Shown in pieces: positions 12,978 to 26,882 of a DNA stretch of 64,000 nt. The stretch spans positions 66,030,001 to 66,094,000 of the forward strand of contig OX597819.1 in the NCBI GenBank assembly GCA_951406725.2. Direction: 5' to 3'. The translations under genes were made by a program, and so were the position numbers. Source of the DNA: Octopus vulgaris. Its lineage: Eukaryota. Positions within the stretch are counted from its first letter, which is position 1, and every line of letters begins with the position of its first letter. The notes below the pieces were generated by a model, which was not told the origin of the DNA, searched no databases, and saw nothing but the letters and a program-made list of their open reading frames with translations.

Positions 12978-13485
12978 GTATATATTATTTTAACTCCTAA
13001 AGCACGTGGTAAAGCCAAAAAATATGAATAAAAAAACATTTGGCAGTTATTGGGATAATCAATGAATTGTTGTTACTGAAAAAAGGTTTCTTCCCTAAAT
13101 TACCACAATAAGTAGTTTCCACCCTCACTGTGCATGTGTATTTGGCTGTAAAATTAGATCATTAATTTTCTCACCTGAAGTGAGATTCTCAGGTATACAG
13201 TTATCTCTTGCCATATCGTGGTTCACCTATTGTGCACTCAGTACATCATGGATTTTTCTGGCTAATAAATGTAAATTTACAGTTCTATATTTAAGAGATG
13301 AGGAATTATGTACATTTAACCACTATATCAGTATTGCCTTGTGTCTGTTTTCTGTGGTGGTCGGTATGGATTGGATGATTTGAGAGGATCTTATTAGTAG
13401 AAGGATGACATTATACTTCAGTGACTGCTTTGCCATGGGCTCTACAGCTGGATGCCATTCCTACTAACAACGGCTTTAAATGTTG

Positions 13486-13535
<50 letters not shown>

Positions 13536-14829
13536 CCATATCTTATTTATATAAATGTATCTTAATGTCACAACTGTTATATCTTGAAATCGAGTCAACA
13601 CATATTTATGATTAAATGTCTGTGCACCATATAATCTATAAACACAATAGATATGAAAAAGAAAAAAAGAAAAATCTATATGCGACTTCAAACTTTGACA
13701 TCTCAAAGTTTCATCTGGAACATTTATAATCATCAGCGGAGAAAAAGAGAACTTCTAATCATAGTTATTCATTGTGTTATGTATCTTTTGTAAATGAAAT
13801 TCAAAAGAACTCAGGAGATGACCAAAAATAAAATATATGCTTCGTCACATCATCTCTTGGAGAATAAATAGAAATGAATTAATGCTGTGTTCTACTTCAT
13901 TAAGAGGAGGATAACTATTAAATTAAATCTTGCAGTATATACCATATTATGTCATAGTATTTATATGTATGAATGTTAATGCTTCAATGGTGGTCGATAT
14001 CGTTAGCGAACGCTAATTAAATGTGTGTGTCGTTAAACATCTAGTTAAGCTGGAAACTACATAACGTATATGTGAAGATATGTGTGTATCGATAGGTATG
14101 CATATGTGTGTGTGTGTGTGCATGTATATGTGATGTATGTGTGTATATATGTGTATGTGTGTGTGTATATATATATGCATGCATGTATATATACTTGTGT
14201 ATATATATATGTAAATGTATGTGTGTATATGTAATTGCATGTGTGTATACGTATGTGTATATATCTGTATATAGATATGTGTAATTGTGTGTGTGTACAT
14301 ATGTGATTGTATGAGTGTATATATATATGCATGTGTGAGATTGTATTTGTGTGTGTGTGTTTGTGTGTGTGCATTTGCTTGTGTATGTGTGTGCATATAT
14401 ATTAATTAATTGAATGTGTGAGTGGAAGAGAATATGTTAATGTGAATGAATTGATAAGAATATTGATGGACGTGGGTGTGTGCATGTGTGTGTGTGTGTG
14501 TGTGTATTCATGTGAGATATTTATATATGTGATTGAAATAATGCGAGCGTGTATGAACATCAATATGTATGTATGCATGTGGATGTAGTGATTCATGTAA
14601 ATATACTTTAGAACAACACACTTGATATTACTAGACATTTAATAATATAGATTGGAATGTTTCCTCCGTGTATTTAAATGTATACTGGCACACATATTTA
14701 AATAAAATCTATTGTCTACAAAATTGTTTACAGTAATGAGTCATATGTCCGAAGCATTTATATATCGAATAGGTGTAATCATTGACTCCAGTAGACAAAA
14801 TTAAAACACACACACACACATATGTATGT

Positions 14830-15512
14830 ATGGAAACAACATGCTGTACTGTACAGCTTTCGTGCCAGAAGCTCCAATACTAACATTTCAGAGTGTTTGG
14901 GTGTCAGTGTAAAGAATTGTACCCAGAGTAACAAAAATCAAAGATCCAGTCAACATTATGGTGTGATCACTAGTGATGGCAATGTTATGCCCCCATTCAT
15001 GTTCCCACATGGTCTCAGACTCAACACCATCACCAAGTGCCTGGTAAAGAGGGTGGTTGCTGGAAGACCCTATGTCTAGCAACAAGACTCTGCACTATTC
15101 CGCACAAGCAGGAGGACCCAATCATGGCTGTCAGACAATTTCTGCAACCACATCACTCCTAACAACTGGTGACCTAACTCCCCAGATTGCAACCCCCTTG
15201 ATTATTATGTGTGGGGTGCAGCTGAGCAAGAGACTAGCAAAATTCTTTGTAACACCAAAGATGAACTGAAGGCAAGGATTATAGCTGCAATCACCAACTT
15301 AAATGAGGAAACCATCCAGAAGAGTTGCAGGAGATTCCAGTCGTCTGGAGACTGTGGTTGAAGCAAATAGTGATTTTATTGAATAAATTTATTCTTTAGT
15401 ATTTCAAGATATTTTTATGTAATTTTAGTGAATATATCTGTTAAAATAGGATGTGAGTGTTATTTTCATTTTTACATAATTTAGACAACAGTTTATTCAC
15501 CGCACTCTGGGT
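14830..15512 (+). mobile_element. Tc1/mariner DD37D (maT-type) transposon relic
   Basis: Reads YV*QQDSALFRTSRRTQSWLSDNFCNHITPNNW*PNSPDCNPLDYYVWG, with 37 residues between the 2nd and 3rd catalytic Asp. Contains stops and deletions. Likely right terminus near 15490-15512. Confidence 0.8.
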
Positions 15513-15546
15513 ATATTATATATGTGTGTGTGTGTGTGTGTGTATA

Positions 15547-15778
15547 CAGGGTTGTTCAAAAGTCACCTAACAGTAAATCAAAACCATTTAATACCAAGAT
15601 TAAAAAATTATTTTACATGAGACTTCACTAACAAATCCACAAATGTTGAAAACAAATGGTGATTTTAACTCACAGCATTCATTTATTAAACATTCAGAAC
15701 TGGAATGAATAAATATAATTGAATACTAAATATTTAAGGAATTTTGATTTCCTGTCAGGTAACTTTCGGCCAACCCTG
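15547..15778. mobile_element. Tc1/mariner-type MITE
   Basis: ~37-bp imperfect TIRs (CAGGGTTGTTCAAAAGTCACCTAACAGTAAATCAAAA / TTTTGATTTCCTGTCAGGTAACTTTCGGCCAACCCTG) flanked by TA on both sides. Confidence 0.85.
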
Positions 15779-15915
15779 TATATGTGATTGTTCATGTGTA
15801 TGTATATATATATATGTTTGTATGAATATGTATATGATAGTATGTATATATCTGCATGTATATATATATATATGTATGAACATATATATAAATGTGTGCA
15901 TGTATATGTATATAG

Positions 15916-15956
<41 letters not shown>

Positions 15957-16300
15957 CATAGATATGTATATATATATATATAGATATATATATATGTATA
16001 TAGATATGTATATAGATATGTATATAGATATGTATATAGATATGTATATAGATATGTATGTATATAGATATGTATGTATATAGATATGTATGTATATATA
16101 TATGTATATATATATATATGTATATATATATATGTATATAGATATGTATATATATATGTATATAGATATGTATATATATATGTATATATATATATGTATA
16201 TAGATATGTATATGTATATAGATATGTATATATATATATATATGTATATAGATATGTATATATATATATATATGTATATAGATATGTATATATATATATA

Positions 16301-16333
16301 TCGTTAAACGATTATGATGATGATGATGATGAT
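16301..16333 (+). mobile_element. extreme 5'-truncated RTE tail
   Basis: CGTTAAACGATTATGATGATG... matches the LINE terminus CGCTAAACGATGATG at 19645-19675 and sits inside the microsatellite. Confidence 0.65.
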
Positions 16334-16768
16334 GTATATAGATATGTATATATATATATGTATATAGATATGTATATAGATATGTATATATATATGTATA
16401 TAGATATATATATATATATATATATGTATATAGATATGTATATATATATGTATATAGATATGTATATATATATGTATATAGATATGTATATATATATATA
16501 TGTATATAGATATGTATATGTATATAGATATGTATATATATATGTATATAGATATGTATATATATATATATGTATATAGATATGTATATAGATATGTATA
16601 TATATATATATGTATATAGATATGTATATATATATGTATATATATGTATATAGATATGTATATATATATATGTATATAGATATGTATATATATATATATG
16701 TATATAGATATGTATATATATATATATGTATATAGATATGTATATATATATATATGTATATATATGTA

Positions 16769-19675
16769 TTAGGATCAGGACTAGGAGGACAACCAGAAGA
16801 CGACAAATATGGAGAAGAAGGATCTGGAAGCTTAAAGATCCTGCAAATGGACAGAGATTTAGGGACATATTACTTGAAGCCTCTGACGAAGTAGAAGGGG
16901 ATAGAGCATCACAGGGGGTAGAAGACAGCTGGACGTTTCTAAGGGACAACCTGCTGAGAGCCACTGACCAGATCTGTGGCTGGTGCAAAGTCCCCTCTCG
17001 ACCTAGAATAACGTGGTGGTGGAACAATATTGTAGACAGGGCTATTAGAGAAAAGAGACAGGCTTGGAAGGTCTGGAAAAATGGGGGTAGCAGGGGATTG
17101 TATCAGACTGCCAAAAGAGAAGCTAGGAGACAGGTTTATTTAGCCAGAGGGGAAGCAGATAAGAAAAAATTTGCCAATGTTCTGCGCCGTGAGGACCAAA
17201 GACTGGAGGTGTTTCGTGTTGCAAGACAGTGTGTGAGAGAGAATCGTGATGTGGTAGGAGAGAAGTGTGTTCGCATGGAAGATGGTTCACTTGCGCTAAA
17301 TGAGGATGCAAAGAGAGAGGTTTGGAGATGCCACTATGAAAGGTTGCTGAATGAAGAAAATGAATGGGATAAAGAGAGTCTGCCGAATGTTGACCCAACA
17401 GAGGGACCAGCTATCCGAGTTGATAGTTCCGTGGTAGCTAAGGCAATTAGAAGCATGAAGACAGGGAAAGCCCCAGGCCCATCAGGAATCACTGCAGAGA
17501 TGCTCAAAATGTCTGGTAGTGTCGGCTATAGCCTAGTCACCCGTATAGTTAATCAGGTGATACACAAAGGGGTCATACCCAATGACTGGTGTAGCAGTAT
17601 AATAGTCAACTGCTACAAAGGTAAAGGTGATGCCCTAGATACAAATAACTACAGAGGTATCAAGCTGTTGGACCAGGTGATGAAGGTTACGGAGAGGGTC
17701 ATAGCCCAACTAATTAGAGAGACAGTTAGTTTAGATGAGATGCAGTTTGGGTTTGTGCCAGGGAAAAGTACTACTGATGCTATATTCCTGGTAAGGCAGC
17801 TGCAGGAGAAATACCTAGCCAAAGATAAGCCCCTGTACCTGGCTTTTGTTGACATGGAGAAAGCCTTCGACAGGGTCCCCCGATCCCTTATCTGGTGGGC
17901 AATGAGGAAACTAGGGATAGATGAATGGTTAGTGAGAGCTGTGCGGGCCATGTATAGGGACGCCGCTAGTAGGGTGAGGGTTGGAAATGGGTACAGTGAA
18001 GAATTCCGGGTAGAGGTAGGAGTCCACCAAGGCTCAGTACTCAGCCCCCTCCTATTTATCATAGTCCTCCAGGCAATAACGGAGGAATTCAAGACAGGAT
18101 GCCCTTGGGAGCTCCTCTATGCTGATGACCTTGCTCTAATTGCTGAGTCGCTATCAGAACTGGAGGAGAAGTTTCAGGTGTGGAAACAAGGATTAGAATC
18201 GAAGGGCCTCAGAGTCAATCTAGCTAAAACCAAAGTCGTAATCAGTAGGAAGGTAGACAAATCACAAACACCTTCAGGTAGATGGCCCTGCTCGATCTGT
18301 AGAAAAGGTGTAGGTAGAAACTCTATAAGATGCACCAAGTGTAAGCTATGGACACATAAGAGATGCAGCAATGTCAAAGGAAGGCTAACTAGGAAGATGG
18401 TTTTTGTATGTGGCAGATGCTCAGGAACAATAAACACTGAAAATGCTCTGAGACCAACTTCCGTCACTTTCCAGGGAGAAAAACTAGAAATAGTTGATAG
18501 TTTCCGTTACCTAGGTGACCAAGTCAGCAGCGGGGGCGGGTGTGCTGAAAGTGTAACTGCTAGAGTAAGAATAGCTTGGGCAAAGTTCAGAGAGCTCTTA
18601 CCTCTGCTGGTGACAAAAGGCCTCTCGCACAGAGTGAAAGGCAGACTGTATGATGCGTGTGTACGAACAGCCATGCTACATGGCAGTGAAACATGGGCCG
18701 TGACTGCTGAGGATATGCGTAAGCTCGCTAGAAATGAAGCCAGTATGCTCCGATGGATGTGTAATGCCGGTACTCACACTCGGCAGAGTGTAAGTACCTT
18801 GAGAGAAAAGCTGGACCTAAGAAGCATCAGTTGTGGTGTGCAAGAGAGACGTTTGCGCTGGTATGGTCATGTGGCGAGAATGGATGAAGATAGTTGTGTG
18901 AAAAAGTGCCACACCCTAGCGGTTGAGGGAACCTGTGGAAGAGGCAGACCCAGGAAAACCTGGGACGAGGTGGTGAAGCACGACCTTCGAACTTTAGGTC
19001 TCACTGAGGAAATGACTAGAGACCGAGACCTCTGGAAGTGTGCTGTGCGCGAGAAGACCCGGCAGGACAAGTGAGTCCATAACCCGTGGCCTTCTACATG
19101 GGATGGAGCCGGCCTACGTATGCATACCTTCCCTTCTTGGGACACAAAACTCTACTTGTGAAGACGTGTTGAGGCAAGTGAGGATCAGAATCGAAATCGA
19201 TCAATGGAAATTGCGGATGTGCTACCAGTGCCGGTGGCATGTCAAAACTCTGCTTGTGAAGACCCGTTGAGGCAAGTGAGGATCAGAATCGAAATCGATC
19301 AATGGAAATTGCAGATGTGTTACCAGTGCCGGTGGCATGTAAGAGAACTTTCCGTTTCGCGACCGTTGCCAGCACCGCCCCGTTTCGTGTCCGTTGCCAG
19401 CCTCGCCTGGCCCTCGTGCCGGTGGCACATAAAAAGCACCATCCGTTCGTGGCCGTTTGCCAGCTCTGTCTGGCACCAGTGCGGGTGGCACGTAAAAAGC
19501 ACCCACTACACTCACGGAGTGGTTGGCGTTAGGAAGGGCATCCAGCCGTAGAAACACTGCCAGATTTGACTGGGCCTGATGAAGCCTTCTGGCTTCACAG
19601 ACCCCAGTAGAACCGTCCAACCCATGCTAGCATGGAAAACGGACGCTAAACGATGATGATGATGATGATGATGAT
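16769..19675 (+). mobile_element. RTE-clade LINE, 5'-truncated (no endonuclease), intact RT ORF to 19074, 3' UTR and (GAT)n tail
   Basis: About 770 codons without stops. RT motifs: KAPGPSG, NYRGIKLL, QFGFVPGKSTTDAIF, AFVDMEKAFDRV, GVHQGSVLSPLLF, LLYADDL (YADD 18118-18129), FRYLG. RTE-typical C-terminus RRLRWYGHV...RGRPRKTW. The ORF-track N-terminus is flanking microsatellite. Confidence 0.95.
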
Positions 19676-19723
19676 AGATATGTATATATATATATGTATA
19701 TAGATATATATATATATGTATAT

Positions 19724-21436
19724 ACTTTACTTTGATAGGTTTCGGCCATTATTGGCCCAGGCCATGTCTAACTTAATAGCACCACCTGGTGAAGTCTTTC
19801 AAGTCAGAATTTGGGCACTATGGCCCACTCAAGTAGAGAGTTATTGTTTACAGAGACATATCCGGGTGTAGGGGGTTTATCCGGGATTTCTTGAAGGAAT
19901 CTGTCCAAAGACTTCTTGAACCCTATAGGGTCAGTTTCTGTTTTAATGTGTTTTGGTGTAATGTTGAAGAGAGCGGGGCCAATTGAGGTGAAATAATTGT
20001 GCCGTATTGTTGTTATGAGATGAGAGTGCGATTTTTGTTTTGGGCGGATGGCACGGGGCCCAAGCCTTGGATGTACCTTAAAGGTGATGCCAACATCATT
20101 TGGGCAATGCTGATGGAATATTTTCCACATCATGCAGATGATGTAGCGCTCACGATGACGTTGGAGAGAATAGAGTTTTAGCTTTTCTAGTCGACCCCAA
20201 TAGTCGAGGCCTGTCATGCCATCTATCTTTTTTGTGATTGCCCTTTGAGGTGCTTCAACTTTTATGATACCTTGTATTGTGTGGGGAAACCACAGTGGAC
20301 AACAGTATTCAAGGTGGGGTCGGGCAAAAGTGGAGAAGAGAAGGATAATGGTGTGGATATCTCTCGACTGGAAAGTTCTGAGAATCCAGGAACACATTCT
20401 GCGGGCCATGTCAACTTTGGTGTTTATATGAGTGGCCCAGCTTATGTTGTTGTCCACAATTACTCCCAAGTCTCTGATGTTGTTGGACGCCGCGAGAGTT
20501 TCACCTGAAGGAAGGGAGTATGGGAGTTTCAGGGCATCCTCTTTTCCAAAGTGGATTAACTCAAATTTATCCTCGTTCAGCAGCATATTGTTTTTGTCTG
20601 CCCATTGGATAACAGCCAGTAGATCTGACTGAAGGCATGTCCAGTCACTCGCCTCATTTATGACCTTCTGTAGCTTGGAGTCATCTGCAAAGATTTTTAT
20701 GTTGCTGTGCTTGATGATGTCATTAATGTCATTAATGTAAATGATGAAAAGAAGTGGGCCCAGCACAGTGCCTTGCGGAACGCCACTACTGACTTTGGCT
20801 GGGATTGATTTTACCCCTTCAACTACAACATGTTGAGATCTGTCTGTCAGGAAACACTTGATCCATTTCAGTAACTTTCCAAAGACACCAATGCTGGATA
20901 GTTTTTTCAATAGGATCTTGTGATCGACCCTGTCGAAGGCCTTACTGAAATCAAGGTAGATGACATCGGTGTTGGAGCCCTCTCCCAAAGCTCTCAAAAT
21001 GTCCTCAAAGTGAAGCAGGAGCTGCGTTAGGCAGTCCCTTCCATTACGGAACCCATGTTGGTTGGAGATCAGCCGTCTGTTGCTTTCCAGAAATTGGGTT
21101 ATTCGAGATCTCACCACCCTCTCAAATACCTTGATGATATGAGAGGTGAGTGAGATCGGACGGTAATTCACTGCAAGGGACTTGTTTCCCTTTTTGAAAA
21201 CTGGGACAACAGACTGGGACAGAAGGTTTTTTGGAATATAGCCAGCATCCAGTGAGTTTCTCCACAGATTAGCAAGGGGAGATGCAAGTTGGTGTCGACA
21301 CACCTTCAGGACACAAGCAGGGAACCTATCGGGGCCTACTGCTGAATTGTGTTTTATTTCGTTTATCGCCGCTAAGACATCAGGGGCACTAAACGTTATG
21401 TCCGATATAGTGTGTTGGGGGTTGACATCACTGATA
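19724..21436 (-). mobile_element. CR1/L2 (Jockey-group) LINE, 5'-truncated, intact RT ORF (stop at 19804)
   Basis: About 540 codons without stops. Motifs: [76 protein letters not shown]. Short 3' UTR with a GGCCA-ATAA-TGGCC hairpin and an (AAAGT)2 tail. Confidence 0.92.
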
Positions 21437-22324
21437 CACATATATAGATATGTATATATATATATATGTATATAGATATGTATATATATATATATATGTA
21501 TATAGATATGTATGTATATATATATATGTATATAGATATGTATGTATATATATATATGTATATAGATATGTATGTATATATATATATGTATATAGATATG
21601 TATGTATATATATATGTATATAGATATATATGTATATATGTATATAGATATATATGTATATATGTATATAGATATATATGTATATATGTATATAGATATA
21701 TATGTATATAGATATATATGTATATATATATATGTATATAGATATATATATATAGATATGTATATATATATATGTATATGTAAATATATATGTATATGTA
21801 TATATATATATGTATATGTAAATATATATGTATATGTAAATATATATATATATATGTATATATATATGTATGTATGTATGTATATATATATGTATGTATA
21901 TATGTATGTGTATATGTATATAGGTATGTATATATGTATATATATATGTGTATATATGTATATGTATATGTATATGTGTATATATATGTATATATATATA
22001 TGTGTATATATATGTGTGTATATATATATATGTGTATATATATGTGTATATATATGTATATGTATATATATGTGTGTATATATATATGTATATATATAAA
22101 TATATATATGTGTATAGATATGTACATATATATATATATATACATATTCATATGCATGTATATATATATATATATAGATATGTATAGATATATGTATATA
22201 TGTATATATATATGTGTATAGATATGTACATATATATATATATATATACATATTCATATGCATGTATATATATATATAGATATGTATAGATATATGTATA
22301 TATGTATACATATATGTATATATA

Positions 22325-22358
<34 letters not shown>

Positions 22359-22729
22359 CAAATATAAGTATATATATGTACACATATGTTTAGATACATG
22401 TATACATATGTATATATAGATATGTATAGATATATGTATATATATATATGTGTATATATATATATCAAAGTATCAAAGTATATATATGTGTGTATGTGTG
22501 TGTTATGTGTATATATATATATATATATATACATACATATATATACATATATAAGTATATATATGTACACATATATGTTTAGATACATGTATACATATGT
22601 ATATATAGATATATATAAATATATGTATGTATATAGATATATATAAATATATGTATATATATAGATATATGTATACATATATATATATATATATATATTT
22701 ATATCTATATATATATATATATATTTATA

Positions 22730-22798
<69 letters not shown>

Positions 22799-24009
22799 GT
22801 ATAGATATGTATCTGTGTATGTATATATACATATGTATGTATGTGTATATGCATGGATGTGTGTATGGATGTTTTTGTATATCTATACATATATGTATGC
22901 ATGCATGTGTTTGTCATAATTGTGTTGTGAATGATAAAATATTTTTGGAAACTTTCTGTAGGCCTTTGAGCAGATTTCACCAAACTTTTTACAACAATTG
23001 ATGCCAATTCTCTACTTTACTTTCTCTCTCCTGGTTAATATGATGATCATGTGCTGCCCCCCACCACTCCTCACCCACCACAAGCACTTCTGTAAAAGGC
23101 AGAAGTGTGCTAGCACATGAAAACTTAATGCGCACGTTCAGGATCAGTGTGTGCCAAGCTACTTCACTCCATGTGCTTTAGCTTCTTTACTATAGCAACA
23201 ATCCGGATACTTATTGATCAGATCACATTTATGGATAGACAGAAGGGAAGGAACGAATGATTGCCAAGTAATTACATCTAAATAACTTGGCAATTTTGTA
23301 AAAGAGCCTGAAGAATATACGTATTGATGCTGATATATTTGACTAAACCTTTAGAGGCGTTGCTCCAGTGTGGCCTCATTCCAATGAGTGAAACAAGTAA
23401 AAGATAAAAAGGAATGTAGCATTTTTTCACATATACTTTTATTAGTAGGGTGTATAGTGAAGAAGATATGTCACTGCTCTATTAGCATATGTTGATGATG
23501 AAGCTCTCTCATTTGAAACTTATATTTACTTGTTTCCCTGTTTACTTGGAGAGGAGTTGAACTGGCTCCAACTTCTGAATCTAAATCCATAACATGGATT
23601 CATTGGATGTTTTGGACATTTTGCATTGTAATCCGTTGAATCAAATAATCAATTTTAGTAACTAGTTTGTAGCCACATGCCACCAGCATGTGAACACAAT
23701 TAACAATTGCTTGTGGAGTTGTATTTACTATGCATATTGTGTTTCATAGCCCCAAGCGATGAAATACATGTATTAGTCATTAGATGTTTCAGGGCTACTT
23801 GCCTTCAGTATCTTCACTTGCACATGCTTGTTGTATCTATTCTTTATTTAGTTTCAAATGTAAATGCTGGCCTTCAGTTTTGCTGCAGGCAGAAAGTAGC
23901 GTTCATGTGTGGAATTTAACAGGAGCTGTAAAGACTACAGATACTCGAGAAAGTGATTTCTCTCAAATGCACAGGAGGCTCCCTAGAGGTAGGAGGTAAT
24001 TACGGTTAC

Positions 24010-24525
24010 TGATGTGACCTAATTAACAGTAGAGGAGGATGATCTGAAAAGGTAATTGCTTGAATAAGAATAGGATAAGGAAAGTTCAGGGAGCCTTTGC
24101 CTTTGTTGTTAACAATAGTCTCTTAGAGTGAAATGATGATTGAAATATGCTTGTGTACCAATCGCAATGCTACATGGTAGTGAGACTTGGGCCCTAAATG
24201 CAGAGGATATGTGAAGAATACAGAGGACTGAAGTTAGTATGCTTCACTTGATGTGCAAAGTCAGTGTGCATGTATGACTGAGTGCAAGTGTCTTGAGAGA
24301 CAAGTTTGGCATAAGAGTCATTTAGTGTAAGCTGCGAGCAAGAAGACTTTGCTGGTTTGGTGATGTGATGATGAATGAGAACAAATGCATAAAGAACTGT
24401 CAGTAACTTAAAGAGGGTGGAACTTGTGAAAGAGGAAGACATAAAAAGACATGGGACAAAGTAATGGAAGCCGATCTCAAGATGCTGATCCTTGCAGAAG
24501 AGATAAAAAAAAGACTGAGATGGCT
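24010..24525 (+). pseudogene. degraded RTE LINE 3' ORF fragment
   Basis: Remnants of AMLHGSETWA (24166-24193), RRL-WFG and GTC-RGR--KTW, homologous to the C-terminus of the intact RTE. Confidence 0.65.
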
Positions 24526-26224
24526 GGAACCAAACCTGGAACCATTCAGTTCCAAAACTTATGGCTGTTGACCACAGCCATACCTGAACCCCACCAAAAC
24601 GTACCTAAAACCCAATGGTCATGGTTAGAATGTCTTTGATCATAGCCTGCTGGATTAGTGCTAATCTATGTTTAACAACAAAAAAGGAAAAAAGGATAAA
24701 GAGGAAAACAAAACAGCAGGCTTGTAATCTCTGCAGTGCAGCATCAGATGATAATGAATGTGTTTCTACATGGTTACCAAGTTTGCTGGAAATAACAGGC
24801 AAAGACGGAAACGACATATTAGATAATGTACTCTTAGTTATCTTCTGAAAAAAATCTAAAGAGAGAAAAATGATTGAATGGGTCACTTCTGAAACATCTG
24901 CCTGATCAGAAAGAGAGATACTGAGTTAAGTAACAGCAACAACAACAGTAAAAACAAACAACCTCTCCTTCCTCTCTGTCGTTATCGCTCATGCTTGCTT
25001 GTTGGTTGGATAAACACACACACATATGCACACACACACACACACACTTGCAGAAATTTCTCCCTGCTCTCCTGTCAAGTCCACTCGACCAATGTCACAC
25101 ACAGCTCATCAGTAAATTTATAAATCTCCACATGAAGGTAAATCCATTGAAGTGGAACTAGTCTGGAAGATGGGAAATGTATGAAGTTAGGATGGAAGAG
25201 GTGGGGAATAAATACATACAGTGTGTGTATATATGCTTATGTGTATTTACATACATACTTATTTACATGTATATGTGTGCATATATATATATATATATAG
25301 ATAGATATTTGTGAGTGTCTGTGTATATCTATATACACACATGCAATCATATATATATAATATATACATGTGTGTATGTATATTCATATTTGTGTGTGTG
25401 TGTATATACATATTTGTATGTGTGTGTGTGTGTGTGTGTATATCTAATATAATAAATGCGAAAACTAGTTTGTGTGTCAGTGTGTCACAGTTCAACCCCT
25501 CCCACTATTCATTGACACTCCTACTATTGCTCATACTAAAGTGAGAGTAATAGTAGGCATAGAGACAGTGGGAGTGGTGGTGAAGACAAAAAGAGGAGAG
25601 AAAGAGACAAAGAAATTTAGGGAGAGTTGATGTTTTATTAAAAGTAGTAGTGTTGATGGTGGCAGAGGAAGTAATAATAAGAGAGAGAAAAAGAGGGACT
25701 GAACTAACATACTGAGCACAATTCTTTTACACACAAATTTAGTCTTTTCGTGATGGTAATGGGGTGATAGTAATATTATGAGCTGTAGTTGTGATAGAGG
25801 CAGAGGTGACAGTGATGATGGTTGTGGTAGTAGCTGAGGTGGTCAGGAATGATGCTGAGGGTAGGCAATGTGAAAGACAGTGGTGATGGTGGTGGAAGAG
25901 AAGGCATCAAAGTCAAAAGTATTGACGGAGGTGGCGTCAGAAGTCTGAATTGTATGTGTATGGCAGATCTGGTGGCGATGGTGGTGGTGCTGTTGTTTAT
26001 CGTGCAGCTTTGCAAAAAGTTCCAAGTTGACACATTAAATCATTGTTTTGATGAAAACTGTTCATTGCTTGAAAAATTTCGTTCAAGTTTAATAAAATTT
26101 AATATGTACTCATTGCATGAAGTGTCATTGTTGGACCCAAGGCCTAATGAAGAGCCCTCCACAGGAGCTAGCTTAAAAACCGTCCTGTTGGGCGGTTTTT
26201 AAGCTAGTCATATATATATATGTA

Positions 26225-26666
26225 CTTTTCTGCTCTAGGCACAGGGCCTGAAATTTTGGGGGAGGGAGCCAGCTGATTCGGTCAACCCCAGTACACAACT
26301 GGTACTTAGTTTATCAAGCCTGAAAGTATGAACAGCAAAGTCGACCTCGGTGGAATTTGAACTCAGAACATAAAGATGAACAAAATACCACCAAGCGTTT
26401 AGCTTGGCATGCTAATATTTCTGCCAATTGACTGCCATTAAGTTACTAAAATATTATTTTCTACTCTAGACACAAGCCCCAAAATTTTGGGGGAGGGGGG
26501 GCCAGTCGATCAGATTGGCTTAATTTATTGGCCTAGTACTTAATTTATCGACCCCGAGAGGATGAAAGGCAAAGTCAACCTTGGCAGAATTTGAACTCAG
26601 AACGTAAAGAGACAAAATACCGCTAAGTATTTTGCCCCGTGTGCTAACATTTCTGCCAGCTCACCG
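26225..26666 (-). mobile_element. two tandem SINE family C copies
   Basis: Units at ~26225-26440 and 26455-26666. Confidence 0.8.
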
Positions 26667-26840
26667 AGTTCAGTCATATATATGCTCACACATACACACA
26701 CACACACACGTGCGCGTGCGCGTTTAATACCACATGTGTGTTTACATATGTATGTGAAAATAATGTTGATTTAGATGTAAGGCAAAAATGTCATGAAATT
26801 TACTATAACAATGATTATGATGATTATGTGTGTATGTATA

Positions 26841-26882
<42 letters not shown>

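Larger units (their letters stand above)
15790..22870. repeat. compound (TATAGATATG/TA)n microsatellite field hosting two LINEs
   Basis: TA-rich tandem repeats at 15790-16768, 19676-19723 and 21437-22870. Confidence 0.9.

Noticed and set aside
16726-16768. ORF-track start of the 782-aa RT ORF (and 21437-22383 for the 859-aa ORF)
   Set aside because: The N-terminal extensions are flanking microsatellite. Both LINEs are 5'-truncated and lack a native start and endonuclease.
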